64,000 nucleotides of DNA from Pristiophorus japonicus. Taxonomy: Eukaryota. Shown one piece after another: positions 12,701-25,594 of the stretch. Within the stretch, counting starts at the first letter, position 1; each line of letters starts with the position of its first letter. The notes below the pieces were generated by a model. The model was given only the letters and a program-made list of their open reading frames with translations, did not search any database and was not told where the DNA came from. The stretch spans positions 201,190,001 to 201,254,000 of the forward strand of contig NC_091982.1 of assembly GCF_044704955.1 (NCBI RefSeq). The letters run 5' to 3'. Position numbers and translations under genes: made by a program.

Positions 12701-13279
12701 AATTGGATTGGTTAAAGAGCTAACGTGATTAAGTTTATCCATTCAAATGTCTTTATATAGTTGCTTGCTCTGTTCACACAGGTCCCATAGAAGACGCTGC
12801 GCCAAAATGGCTCTCTAATTTACAGTAAGTTTCAGTGCAAAATCCCATAGAACGTCTGTGTAAATGTAATATTCGCTGCTGAGAGAAAAATCTGGCCCAA
12901 TAGATACAGCTCGCTGGCAGTATTCAACTGAGTGGATCTAGTTCAACTGCTTAATTGTGTTTGCAGGGTCCGAAGATGTAATTGAATCAAGTTGTATAAA
13001 TATTTTGCCATTCCCATGTCTAGATTTTTCTTAAAGAAATTGCTTTCATGGCCAAGAAATCCTGCTCCTCTGCTTCCCGCGGGCGCTCGACAGAAAATGG
13101 TTAAAAAGATGCACACCTATCTTTTCCTGCTGCGCTCACCAGAGATTCCAATCCCGAGGCCTCCACTCCCTGCGCAACGGAATGCGTGCACGTCTGGACG
13201 TCCATATGCTGGAGCTGGAGTCACGTGGCACTGGGCAGCCAATCCGGGAAAGTATTTTTTCACAATAATGGGAACTCCG

Positions 13280-13566
13280 CAAGTAGGAGTCCCTGGCCAA
13301 AGATCGCCTTAAGTGGAGGAAGTACATCTGGGAGGGCGCTGAGCACCTCGAGTCTCATAGCTGAGAGCATACAGAAATCAAGCACAGGCAGTGGAAAGAG
13401 CGTGCGGCAAACCTGTCCCAACCACTCTTTCCCTCAATGGCTGTCTGTCCCATATGTGACTTGGACTGTGGCTCTCATATTGGACTGTTCAGCCACATAA
13501 GGACTCATTTTAAGAGTGGAAGCAAGTTTCGATTCTGAGGGACTGCCTATGATGATGATGATGATT
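13280..13566 (+). mobile_element. RTE (BovB/Expander-like) LINE 3' end
   Basis: C-terminal CPICDLDCGSHIGLFSH remnant and tail GGGACTGCCTATGATGATGATG; matches the - copies at 36825 and 38870. Confidence 0.8.
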
Positions 13567-13797
13567 GTTGGCCAGCATAGCGGGAGAACTCTCATTCTGC
13601 TCTTCGAATGCTGCCGTAGGATCTTTTACGTTTGCCTGAAGAGGCAGACAGAACCTTGGTTTCAAGTTTCATCCAGAGGATGTCATCTCTGGCATTACTC
13701 CCTCAGTACTGCACTGAAGTGTCAGCTTAAATTGGCGTGAGACTTGATCCCATAACTTTCTGACTAAGGTGAATGCGACTGTTGAGCCAAACTGACT
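13567..13797 (-). mobile_element. DeuSINE (SacSINE1-like) fragment
   Basis: Reverse complement has a tRNA-like head (TGGCTCA...GTCAGAAAGTTATGGGATCAAGTC), GCTGACACTTCAGTGCAGTACTGAGGGAGT, and a Deu-domain-like segment (AAACCAAGG...CGTAAAAGATCC...GAAGAGCAG). Recognised from memory of the consensus. Confidence 0.7.
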
Positions 13798-14139
13798 GCA
13801 ATCAAAATGGTGTGCTTTTTTAAGGATCAAACGGCACTGATATTAGGAGTATCTCAGCATCTATTCATACAAGAGAAAGAAGGGTTTATTTAAACTATGA
13901 TTTAAATAGGAGTTTGTTGAGTAAGATGTGGCTCTTGAGAAATTAAGAGCCAATACATTTTAAAGCTGAGCCTATAAATGAGTATTGGAATGTTTTTAAC
14001 ATGAGCTATTATGATCTGTTTTTAAAAAAAAATACAATCTTTGTTTGCGGGGGTGCAATTTTATTTAACCATACATAAAAATTAAAAAGGTTTTATTTTG
14101 TCCTTCACGAATAACCTTACTATATTTGATTTTCTAATC

Positions 14140-14791
14140 TTCATAGCTAGGGGATTTGAGTATAGGAGCATTCATAGCTAGGGGATTTGAGTGTAGGAGC
14201 AGGGAGGTCTTACTCCAGTTGTACAGGGCCTTAGTGAGGCCTCACCTGGAATATTGTGTTCAGTTTTGGTCTCCTAATCTGAGGAAGAACGTTCTTGCTA
14301 TTGAGGAAGTGCAGTGAAGGTTCACCAGACTGATTCCAGGGATGGCTGGACTGTCATATGAGGAGAGACTGGATCAACTGGGCCTTTATACACTGGAGTT
14401 TAGAAGGATGAGTGGGGATCTCATAGAAAAGTATAAGATTCTGACGGGACTGGACAGGTTCGATGTGGAAAGAATGTTCCCGATGTTGGGGAAGTCCAGA
14501 ACCGGGGGACATAGGATAAGGGGTAGGCCATTTAGGACTGAGATGAGGAGAAACTTCTTCACTCAGAGTTGATAACCTATGGAATTCCCTGCCGCAGAGA
14601 GATGTTGATGCCAGTTCATTGGATATATTAATGAGGGAGTTAGATATGGCCCTTACGGCTAAGGGGATCAAGGGGTATGGAGAGATAGTTGGAAAGGGGT
14701 ACTGAGGGAATGATCAGCCATGATCTTATTGAATAGCAGTGCACGCTCGAAGGGCCGAATCGCCTACTCCTGCACCTATTTTCTATGTTTC
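14140..14791 (+). mobile_element. CR1 LINE 3' fragment
   Basis: GLSYEERLDQLGLYTLEFRRMSGDLIE; ends TTTTCTATGTTTC. Confidence 0.9.
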
Positions 14792-14830
14792 CACCTCTTA
14801 CCCTGCCTGTTACATTGTAATAGGAATAAT

Positions 14831-15616
14831 GGGCTCAATTTTCCCCAAAGCATTTTTTTTGGTGTACTTGAAGAGTTCCGCCCGATTTTTGGGGGCCCAA
14901 GCATGTCAAAACAAAAGTATTGTAAGTTTCACCGTTGGATTTCCATTTTGGCGTGGCCTAATCCGAGGGGGTTGGAGCCTTGATCTGCGCCAAAAAGATC
15001 GGGCTGCTCTGGTAACCAGGTACACAATGCGAGCTGAGGCTGCAAAGTGAAGCATACAGACACCTCCCAACACATTAAAAGAATTGAAAAACACATCGCA
15101 CCACCTTACTTCCAACCCCGTCCTGTGTGTGTCTGTACTTTCACGCACACCCGGACTCTGTGTGTGTGTGTGTGTGAACCGGGGACTCAGAATGGAACCG
15201 GACAGCCTTCCTGTGTGTGGGGACCCAGAATGCAACTGGATAGCCTTCGGGTGAGTTTGGAGGTAAGTTGCTGCTGTGTTTTTCAATTCTTAGTGTGTCC
15301 GGGCATCTGCTGCGCCGCTTTCCTTTCTTGTGCCGATTTCCTTAACTTTAAGGAAGGTTTTTCAGGACAGACCACAAACGCTGGTCTAATCAGAACTGGA
15401 GTAACTCTCAGCTGGCCAGACTTCTCTAAGTGGCCAGAAGTGGTGCAGGTGGCTGGTTACACCCACTTTGGCTGAAAAAAAAAATGGACTTAAAAAATTT
15501 GTAACCGAGTTACGCTGTTGCAAATTGATTGGGGAAACTGGAGATTTTTAAGTTAGGCCAGAAAAAGCAGCCTGCGCCAAAAAAAACCAGCGCAAATACT
15601 GGGGAAAATTGAGCCC
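14831..15616. mobile_element. Non-autonomous PIF/Harbinger MITE
   Basis: Perfect TIRs GGGCTCAATTTTCCCCA / TGGGGAAAATTGAGCCC with perfect 3-bp TSD AAT. Confidence 0.88.
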
Positions 15617-16287
15617 AATATCCTGTCTTCATATTTCTTAATCGGTATTGTTTTTATTACAATAAAGCATAATAGCAGGCACATGAAATGTTTATACAGT
15701 CTACCTGAACTCTGTTTATAGAATCACAGAATGATACAGCACAGGAGGAGGCCAAACTGCACAATATCTTAATATTTGTCAATTTCAATATTTAGCAAAT
15801 TAATTTTCCAAGTTAACTTTGGATTGAACTGTGTTTGTAGTTTTGTAATGCAGATAATGGAACTGTGACATGTTTCCTGCTATTTGTGCAGCACAGTTTT
15901 GGATGGCATTTATTGCATAACTGTTGAAAGTAGACATTTTAACAAGCATCACTGAATATTGCAATGATTTAGAACAAGCAAAATTGCCTTAAATTAAGTT
16001 AGCTCCAAAAAACACTATTGGCTCCAAAAAAATTGAACTGAATGGTGGTGAATTTTGGACCCTCTTTGATTTTTGGAATCTGGATTTGAATCCTGCCCAG
16101 ATTGATGGAATGAGTTTATTTTAGCTAGTTATAAGTGCTCCATGCATTGGATGGAGAAAAACCGAACTTGGTCCTTGGTGGTTATAGGTGTGCTAAGTAA
16201 TACTGCCCCTAATTTGGCAAACTAATTACTTTACTCAAGTTTAAAGGCAACTGGTGTATGGGAAATGGAAAAATTTGCAGTATCCTT

Positions 16288-18223
16288 AACACGAAATATA
16301 AAAGTAGATAGCAAGAGTTTGTACAGGTACATAAAAAGGAAAAGAGTGGTTTAAGTAAATGTTGGTCCCCTAGAGGGTAAGACTGGGGAATTAATAATGG
16401 AGAACAGGGAAATGGCAGAGACGTTGAACAAATATTTTGTATCTGTCTTCACGGTAGAAGACACTTAAAAACATCCCAATAGTGGATAATCAAGGGGCTA
16501 TAGGGAGGGAGGAACTTAATACAATCACTATCATTAATGAAATAATGGGAGTAAAGGTGGACAAGTCCCCTGGACCTGATGGCTTACATCCTAGAGTCTT
16601 AAAGGAAGTGGCTGAATAGATAGTGGATGCATTGGTTGTAATTTACTAAAATTCCCTGGATTCTGGGGTGGTCCCAGCAGATTGGAAAACCGCAAATGTA
16701 GCGCCCCTATTTTTTTTTTAAAAAAGGATGTAGACAAAAAGCAGGAAACTAGAGACCAATTAGCCTAACAGCTTTTGTTGGGAAAATGCTGGAGTTCATT
16801 ATTAAGGAAGCAGTAGTGGGAAAAGCATGATTCAATCAAGCAGAGTCAGCATGGTTTTATGAAAGGGAAATCATGTTTGACAAATTTGCTGGAGTACTTT
16901 TGAGGATGTAACGAGCAGGGTGGATAAGGGGGAACCAGTGGATGTGGTGTATTTGGATTTCCAGTAGGCATTCAATAAGGTGACACATAGGAGGTTACTG
17001 CACAAGGTAAAAACTCACGGGTTGGGGCTAATATTATTAACATGGATAGAGGATTGGCCAACTAACAGAAAACAGAGAGTGGGGATAAATGGGTCATTTT
17101 CTGGTTGGCAAATAGTGACTAGTGGGGTGCCGCAGGGATCGCTGCTGGGTCCTCCACTATTTACAATCTATATTAATGACTTGGATGAAGGGACTGAATG
17201 TAATGTAGCCAAGTTTGCTGCTGCTAAAAAGATGGGTGGGAAAGCAAATTGTGAGGAGGACACACACAATCTGCAATGGGATATCGACAGGATGAGTGAG
17301 TAGGCAAAATTTGACAGACTGAGTATAATGTGGGAAAAATGTGAGGTTATCCACTGGCAGAAACAATAGAAAAGCAAATTATAATTTAAATGGAGAAAAA
17401 TTTCAATATGCTGCTGTACAGAGGGATCAAACAGTAAAAGCCAAATTGTGTTGAGCTTCAGATAAGCATCTCACACACATACACACAAATATCAGTTAAT
17501 TGACTGGCGACATGATAGAAACCTGGGGGTCCTTGTGCATGAAACACAAAAAGTTATTATGCAGGTACAGCAAAAAATCAGGAAGGCAAATGGAATGTTG
17601 GCCTTTATTGCAAGGGGGGTAGAGTATAAAAGCAGAGAAGTCCTGATACAACTGTACAGGGTATTGGTAAGGCCACACCTGGAGCACTGCGTACAGTTTT
17701 GGTCTCTGTATTTAAGGAAGGATGTGCTTGCATTGGAGGCTGTTCAGAGAAGGTTCACTAGGTTGATTCCGGAGATGAGGGGGTTGACTTAAGCTAGGTT
17801 GGGGCAATACACATTGGAGTTCAGAAGAATGAGAGGTGATCTTATTGAAACTTATAAGATAATGAGAAGGCTCGACAAGGATGCAGAGAGAATATTTCCA
17901 CTCGTAGGAGAAACTAAAACTAGGGGACATAGTCTCAGAATAAGGGACCGTCCATTTAAAACTGAGATGAGGAGGAATTTCTTCTCGCAGGGTTGCAAAT
18001 CTATGAAATTCTCCACCACAGAGAGCTGTGGAGGTTGGGTCATTGAATATATTTAAGGTGGAGATAGACAGATTTTTGAGTGATAAGCGAGTAAAGGATC
18101 ATGAGGAGCGGGCAGGGAAGTGGAACTGAGTTCATGATCAGATCAGCCATGATCTTATTAAATGGTGGAGTAGGCTCGAGGGGCCAAATAGCCTAATCCT
18201 GCTATTTCTTAGTTCGATGTTCT
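16288..18223 (+). mobile_element. CR1 LINE (family B-like) RT region to 3' end, degenerate, with a 95-bp foreign insert at about 17427-17521
   Basis: [21 protein letters not shown]; LYRVLVRPHLEHCVQFWS; CR1 3' UTR. Confidence 0.92.
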
Positions 18224-18760
18224 CCAGAAGTTGAAACATGAGGAAAGGAGATTTATTCTGCACGCGAGCATGATATAAGTGACTTGATGCCCGAAATTGA
18301 TGACCTGCCGCTGCCGCCCGATTCACGCCATTATCGGACGGTCTATGCCTTTTCACTGCCCGCTGCCGCAGCAATCCTCCAGCGTGAATTTAATGGAAAT
18401 GTCGTGGGCGCCGGCAGGCAGTGCATCCATTCGACTCGGCAAACATCGGAAGCCGAGCTGTGCATGTGCAATTTTTTTTTTGGTAATGTGCATGCGCAAT
18501 TTTTTGGGGGGTAATACACGTGATTTTCTTTTAATGCGCATGCGCGTTTTTTTTCCTGACGTTGACGTTTTTGGCGCGATTGGAGGTCAACTGCGCAGGC
18601 GTGGAACAGCTTGGGAGGGACAGCGACTTAGAAAGACAGAAGACCGTGAGAAGATTAGAGGCCGAGCAAGAGAGAAAACAAAGTACCGAAAGCAACGGAC
18701 AAAGCAGGAAAAGTCAGAAAAAAATTACTAAAAGATTTATTCACGATCGTAAAGAAAATC

Positions 18761-20180
18761 ATGAATGAGCAGAAGACCCTGAGAAAAGTGAAAGATGGGC
18801 AGAGGGTGAAGGCACCATGTTTTACGGACAAGGAGCTGGACACCCTTGTCTCTGTGGCGGAGGCAAGGTCTCAGGACCTTACCAAGGGATGGTCATGGGA
18901 AGCCAGCCCCGGTCCAGTACCAGTACATCTGGAAGGAAATTGGGGAGGCCATGTCTGCAGTGGGAACAATCGTGAGGGATGGAGACCCATGTTGCAAAAG
19001 GTGGAATGACACTGTAGCTGCAGCCGGAGTGAGTAATGATTTTATTGATGCACTCCCTTACTACTTATAATGTAAATCTAAATGGGATTAATGGGACATA
19101 AGTGTGTGTGTTTGATGTACAAATCGGTTAAAGATTACTTACTTTAATTTCTGCAGAAGAAATTGTCAACCAATGTCTGAGTAGCGCACGGGAGGAGGCC
19201 CGCCAAAGGTGCTGGCCTTGTGATTTTGAGCAACGTGCCTTAGCCTTGATGGGTGGGCACAACCGTGCAACCACTCAGTGGTGCTGATCCCTTGCCACAG
19301 CATGGTAAGTTGCAATCATTTAATGTTCTCTCAATAATTTAATACACTGTGATGTTGTGGTCATGTAATGCCATGCATTTTAATGTATTGTCTGTTAGCC
19401 ACATATATAATGTAATAATGCAGCAGTGGTGATCCTTGAAATAAGACTGTACTCATGCCACCCTGACCCCTCCCCTGCTGATAACCATTGAAATGTTGTT
19501 TTGAACTTGCAGATGCTGATTTGGATGACACCGAAGTAGCCATCGCCGCGACCTCCGGCATTCAAAACCCCACCATCTTGATCTCTGGCATCCATTGAGC
19601 CTCCGCATTGACCTCCGCCTCAACCTCCGCCTCCTTCATGGAGATCTGAGTGAATGAGCAACACGAAGAGGAGGAAGAGAGCCGTGAAGGGGAACTGGTT
19701 GAGCCAGTTGAGGTGGTGGGGGAGGGAGGAGGAGCAACAGGCCATTCAAATAACCTCTGGGTCTGCACCTGCAGGCACTTCCTCGTTGGCATTGGTATTT
19801 CTGGGGTTTCCCGACTCTTCCGAACTATCGGGACCAAAAGATGTACATCAATGCACCCGTCAAGCCGCTAGTGGCATCCACTGAGGTTGCTGCAGCAAAG
19901 ATGGAATGCTGCAAGACAGGCAGGCGCACACCAGGACGTGGTCAGACTGTCTCGGATGAGCATCGACATAGGTCGAGAGCTCCTCCAGGCCATGGCTGCG
20001 ATAGCTGGGAACATTGCAGCACTTTCAGCCTGACATGAGAACATGTCGAGGCTGATTGCCACGGTGCAGTGAACCACCCAGTCCATGGATGCACAACTTC
20101 GTAGTGCCAACGTGGAGAGGGCCAGGCCGAGGGGTAGGGGAAATGGGAAGAATAGAGGTGGGGGAGGGGGCTGGGGGTGA
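18761..20180 (+). pseudogene. Harbinger Myb/SANT-like (trihelix) DNA-binding gene, three exons (about 18761-19028, 19157-19304, 19513-20180), frameshifted
   Basis: RVKAPCFTDKELDTLV...IWKEIGEAMSAVGTIVRDGDPCCKRWND, then KKLS...RTGGGPP across GT-AG introns (GTGAGT 19029, CTGCAG 19156, GTAAGT 19305, TTGCAG 19512). Exon 3 is acidic and low-complexity. Confidence 0.75.
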
Positions 20181-20449
20181 GGACAAGTGAAGAGAAGCAG
20201 TTGGAGTGGTCAGGGCTTGAGGGCTGGTTGTTTTGTTAATGCTGATATTGCTCTTGGTTTATGTTTGATTAAAATTTTTATTACTGTTTGTAAATTGTTC
20301 AATATACTTTATTAAAGTTTTACATTTTTCACATTTTTGAAAGTTATCAAAGTTTTCCAAGTTTTAATGTTCTAAAATTTTATATAAATTCTTTTATTGA
20401 ATTTAACCACTCTTGTACAATGTCTTAACTTGTAGAAAATGAAGGGTAA

Positions 20450-21300
20450 CATCGAAACATAGAAAAGGAAACAGGAGCAGGCCATTCGGCCCTTCGAGCC
20501 TGCACCACCATTCAATTTGATCATGGCTGATCATGCAACTTCAGTACCCCATTCCTGCTTTCTCTCCATGCCACGTGATCCCTTTAGCTGTAAGGGCCAC
20601 ATCTAACTCCCTTTTGAATATATCTAACAAACTGGCCTCAACAACTTTCTGTGGTTGAGAATTCCACAGGTTCACAATTCTCTGCGTGAAGAAGTTTCTC
20701 CTCATCTCGGTCCTAAATGGCTTACCCCTTATCCTTAGGCTGTGACCCCTGGTTCTGGACATCCCCAACATCGGGAACATTCTTCCTGCATCTAACCTGT
20801 CCAGTCCAGTCAGAATTTTATGTTTCTATGAGATCCCCTCTCATTCATCTAAATTCTAGTGAATATAAGCCTAGTCGATCCAGTCTTTTTTCATGTCAGT
20901 CCTGCCATACAACTGCAGTAAGACCTCCCTGTTCCTATACTCAAATCCTCTCGCTATAAAGGCCAACATTTGCCGCCTTCACTGCCTGCTGTACCTGCAT
21001 GCCAACTTTCAATGACTGATGTGCCATGATACCCAGGTCTCGTTGCATCTCCCCTTTTCCTAATCTGTCACCATTCAGATATTCTGCCTTCCTGTTTCTG
21101 CCACCAAAATGGATAACCTCACATTTATCTACATTATACTGCATCTGCCATGCATTTGCCCGCTCACCAAACCTGTCCAAGTCACCCTGCAGCCTCTTAG
21201 CATCCTCCTTGCAGCTCACACTGCCACCCAGCTTAGTGTCATCTGCAAACTTGGAGATATTACATTCAATTACTTCATCTAAATCATTAATGTACATTGT
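20450..21300 (-). mobile_element. CR1 LINE (family A) 3' fragment
   Basis: [25 protein letters not shown]; tail GAAACATAGAAA. Confidence 0.92.
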
Positions 21301-22503
21301 ACAGTCATGAGGGTTCCATACAGTGGGCAGACAAAGCTGATGTTGGGGGGAAGGAGGGGAGAGGAGGTAAGACCTTATTTTTCAGAATGGTATTTAGGGC
21401 GGATAGTAAATGGATCTTAGTGATCAACTTAGCGTTTTTGGGGCCGTGTGCAATAATTGTTTTTTTTTTTACAACTTGTATTTTCAGATGGTTAATGAGC
21501 GGTAATATAATGAATTTCGGGCCCTTGTTCTTCATTGGTTGTAAAGTGCTTTCGAACATCGAAGTCATAAGGCACTATTTAAATTCAAGTTTGTTCATTC
21601 TTTTGAGCGTGCTTATGGTTAACACTAAATCCATTACTAATAAATTAAGCAACCTACTTGAGCACCTAACGGCAAGTAAGTTTTGTACAAGTGGTTTAAT
21701 AAAGCAGTTTTGTATTTTTTTGCTGGACCTTGAAGCTCACTTCTATATGCTATTTAGATAAAATATGTATGGCTTGAGTTAGCTTTTCTTTGGTGGCTTT
21801 GTACAATATTGCATACTTTTACATTGGTCTTTTGGATCTAGTTGCAAACAGTTGTCACAATCAAATAATCACAAAACCCCAGCCCTGTAATTTACTTAAT
21901 CAGTTTCTTTATAAGCTGCAAGGTGAGGTGTTTCTCCGAAGGCTGGGTACTGTAACTTGCGTGGAGAGGGTGGAGACAATTGTTCATTTGCTGCAAGTTG
22001 CTTATCTGACAATTCCACATTCCAACAGTGCAACTGTGTTGAGCAACACTTCTGAGAATGTATTTTGGAAAGAACTTGTAAATTTTGTTTTAGTTCCTTA
22101 GTAGAATTGATATTTACCTTGTTTAAATAGTAACTGCCTACCATGTTAAACATTTTTCATATCTCTACAGGCAGCTCCTTTTGCCTTTGGGCATAATTAT
22201 AATCTGCTTGGTTCAGTGTTCCACCCATTTTGGTCAGGATAGCTCAAAGTTGAGTATGTAGGTTCATCTTCTGAAACCCACCCAACTAATTCCTGATTTG
22301 TGTTTCTTCACTTCACTAATTCTGCTCCACAATTTGTACTCAAAACACTTCAAAACTTTTGTGGAGATTAAGAAAAAAGTAAATGTTCCATGTCCTAAGG
22401 GCTTAGTAGCCCATGTCAAACATTGGTTATATATCATCCACATATTTACTAATGTATACAGTAGAACATTTTAATGTTTGTTTAATGTTTTCTTTTCTTT
22501 TAG

Positions 22504-22728
<225 letters not shown>

Positions 22729-22756
22729 TAGTTCCAGTAGGCACAACACAGTACTA

Positions 22757-22982
22757 CAGGTACAACGTTTGAAATCCGGAATCCTCAGGACTGAATCCAT
22801 GCCAGATTTCAGGTTTTGCTGGCTTTTGGACCTCAAGGCAGACCAAATCTGGGCCGGATTTCAAGGTTTGCCGAATTTTTCACCCCGCCGCCTGCTGGTC
22901 CGCCGCTCCTCGCTGCTCGCCGAAATGTTGGTTTTTGGACAATTCTGTTTTTCGGAAGTCCAGATTCTGAACGTTGCGCCTG
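22757..22982. mobile_element. Tc1/mariner (Tigger/pogo-like) MITE
   Basis: TIRs CAGGTACAACGTTTGAAATCCGGA / TCCAGATTCTGAACGTTGCGCCTG with TA TSD on both sides. Confidence 0.8.
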
Positions 22983-23450
22983 TACTGGTTTCTTTGGTTT
23001 GATTTGCTTGAATGCCCAAAGTACCTATGTGGCTTATGTTGGACAAATTTAGATAAAATTTCTCCTGGATGTGATCGTAAAATAGAAGCCAACTGTAAAA
23101 GAAGAAGCAGTGAGCCAATGGAACAAAAACAGATGATGCTTGGGAGATGTGCAGTCAGGTAATGAGGAACAAGTTAAGCAAACTTGAATTGGGTGGTGTG
23201 AAGACAAGACAGTTGTGAATAACAGATATTTATTCTGAAATTCGATATGGTTTAATAAATGTGTGACTAATAGTTTGTCAATTTTTCATTCAAGATAACA
23301 GCATTTCTTTTCAATATCTGATAACTTTCTGAACAGTATACATATGCTCACCTCTGCAGATCTAGTTCTAAGCTGGTTCATTGAACAGCTTAAATTTTGC
23401 ATTGCAAACTAGCAACCTTAAACTTGATTAAAATTTCTCTTTTATTGCAG

Positions 23451-23504
23451 CTGGAGCAAGTTGATCCATCTGCTGCACAAACTCTCAGAGCTGCTTTTAT
23501 TAAG
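23451..23504 (+). CDS. PDCD10: PDCD10 coding exon 2
   Basis: TTGCAG|LEQVDPSAAQTLRAAFIK|GTGAGC, 54 nt, phase 0/0. Confidence 0.97.
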
Positions 23505-23883
23505 GTGAGCTTAATTGTTGTTACAAATTTATGCTATGTGTACTGCAGCCTATAATGGCAGTGTCCAATTGACTTTTTTATGCTTTAAATTAACCTTGCA
23601 TTTTGCTTAGCTGCTCAATCTCGTGTGTTTAGCATTTCAGATATTTATTCAAAATTAGATGATTAACAGTATTTATAAAAATAACCGTGGCCAAAAAGCC
23701 ATTCATGATCTGTTTAAAGCAGCCTTAATATCCTTTGTTTCCGTACTCATCAAAGTAACTGAATCGAGGAACATAACTTCATCTTTTTCATACAGTGCTG
23801 GTATAAAATATCTGCTAGGTATACCGTAGGCCGGATGCAGGGTAAAGCTCCCTCTACTCTGCCTTAATGTACCTCCACTGTCA

Positions 23884-24445
23884 TTAAATTGTCACACTGC
23901 TTGTCCAACTTCCAGTATTGGATGAGCAGAAATTTCCTCCAATAAATATTGGGAAGACCGAAGCCATTATTTTCAGTCCCCGCCACAAACTCCATTCCCT
24001 AGTCACCGACTCCATTCCTCTCCCTGGCAACTGACTGACTGTTCGCAAACTTGGTGTCATATTTGACCGAGATGAGCTTTCGACCACATCCGGCCATTTC
24101 CACCTCTGTGACATCACCCGACTCCACCCCTGCATCAGCTCATCTGCTGCTGAAACCCTCATCCAGGCCTTTGTTACCTCTAGACTTGACTATTGCATTG
24201 CACTCCAGGCTGGCATTCCGCATTCGGTCCTCGTCACCCAAAATTCTGCTGCCCTTGTCCTAATGTTCCGAATCCTGTTCACCAATCACCTCTGTGCTTG
24301 CTGACCTGCATTGGCTCCCAGTTAAGCAACGCCTCGATTTGTAATATCATCCTTGTTTTCAAATTCCTTCATAGCCTCGCTCCTCCCTATCACTCTAATC
24401 TCCTCCAGCCCTACAGCCGCCTGAGATATTTGGCTCCTCCAATTC
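23884..24445 (+). mobile_element. L2 LINE fragment
   Basis: WMSRNFLQ.NIGKTEA, RKLGVIFD, AETLIQAFVTSRLDYC remnants. Confidence 0.8.
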
Positions 24446-25594
24446 AAAACGATGTTTTTTTTTTAAAAAGGTGGTAGAAAATGCGGAAAAGCATAGCAGT
24501 AGAAATGCTAAAAGTTTAAAATGTCATCCACCGGAATAAAATATTGCCCAGAATAAATATGAAAGACTCTTTATTTTTCTTGTACAAAACACTTTTTTTT
24601 TGCTCCTTCAAAGTTCTTATTGCTAAATGCCACCCAAGTACACCCAAGCTTTGAATACTGCCTCTTTATCTGAGTGGGTCTACTCATACATATTGCAGTG
24701 CTGAAATGGGTACAAGCAAAACATTCTCCAATAGGTGATCCCGACCACACTTTAAGCATACCAACCCATCACTTTTTCACGCACTCAATCTAGTGCTAGT
24801 TCGGGGGCTCTTAGTCTTTCACATTTGTGCTCACTCTTTCTCACACTTGGTTTCTCTTGTGTGCTGTTGCTTTCACAACCATGACATCTTTTTTTCTATC
24901 TTAAGTTGATACTTCTCTTGCCAGTGCTCTTCTGAACGTTTCTCTTTTTTTCTAAGCTTGAAATATACCACCTTGCATGCTCTTTTTACTTTGTGTGTTG
25001 AAATTAAGGCTTATCTCACCATCTCCATCTCCAGAAGTCCCATCAAATTGTAGAAGCATGCAGCTGCAGTCACGGCGGTGATGCATCAAATAAGAAGTGC
25101 ACAGCATATGTATGTTATATTAATTGAACTTCACAGTATCATTTTCAAAGTCAAAAGGATTTTTTTGAAAGGGGAAGGAGGAGTGCGACTAAACAAATGG
25201 GTATCAATGAATGTCATTGGCAATTAAATCTCCCCTTCTCTTCTCTGCCCCCCCCCCCCCCCAGACAAACCTCCCATCTTACTTTCTAACTGAAAAGTAT
25301 ATCTGAACCTGGTATTACATAATTATATGCTCCCCACAAAATTATAATGGCTCCTAAAATAATTATTAAAAATCTGGCTACCATGTATTTCAATTACTGA
25401 GTTATGGCAATGCTAAGCTTGTCTTTACACACACAATTTGGTTATTTTCTCAAATTTCCTAATTAAAATTAGTGGCATGCCATTCAGTGATTGTAACCTT
25501 TTGGCCAAAAGTATAGTTTTTTGTCATAGGATAAAGATTTTGTTTCGATTTACCAACAGATTTTTTGGAGCATACTTAAAGAATACAGTATATA

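Larger units (their letters stand above)
9001..12898. mobile_element. Harbinger-type MITE split by nested CR1 insertions (MITE parts about 9001-9545 and 12700-12898)
   Basis: TIRs GGGCTGGATTTT / AAAATCTGGCCC with 3-bp TSD AAT on both sides. Confidence 0.75.
18287..21524 (+). mobile_element. PIF/Harbinger deletion derivative carrying the Myb/SANT gene, interrupted by a CR1
   Basis: TIRs ATGCCCGAAATTGA / TGAATTTCGGGCCC, 3-bp TSD TTG on both sides, and an internal Myb/SANT-like gene. Confidence 0.8.

Noticed and set aside
13730-13797. tRNA gene
   Set aside because: Degenerate tRNA-derived SINE head; no full cloverleaf.
18761-19070. Host MSANTD/NAIF1-like gene nested in PDCD10
   Set aside because: Frameshifted and enclosed by TIRs with a 3-bp TSD, so it is transposon-borne.
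21297-21761. 154-aa hydrophobic ORF as a Harbinger transposase or membrane protein
   Set aside because: No DDE motifs; it crosses the right TIR into AT-rich intron.
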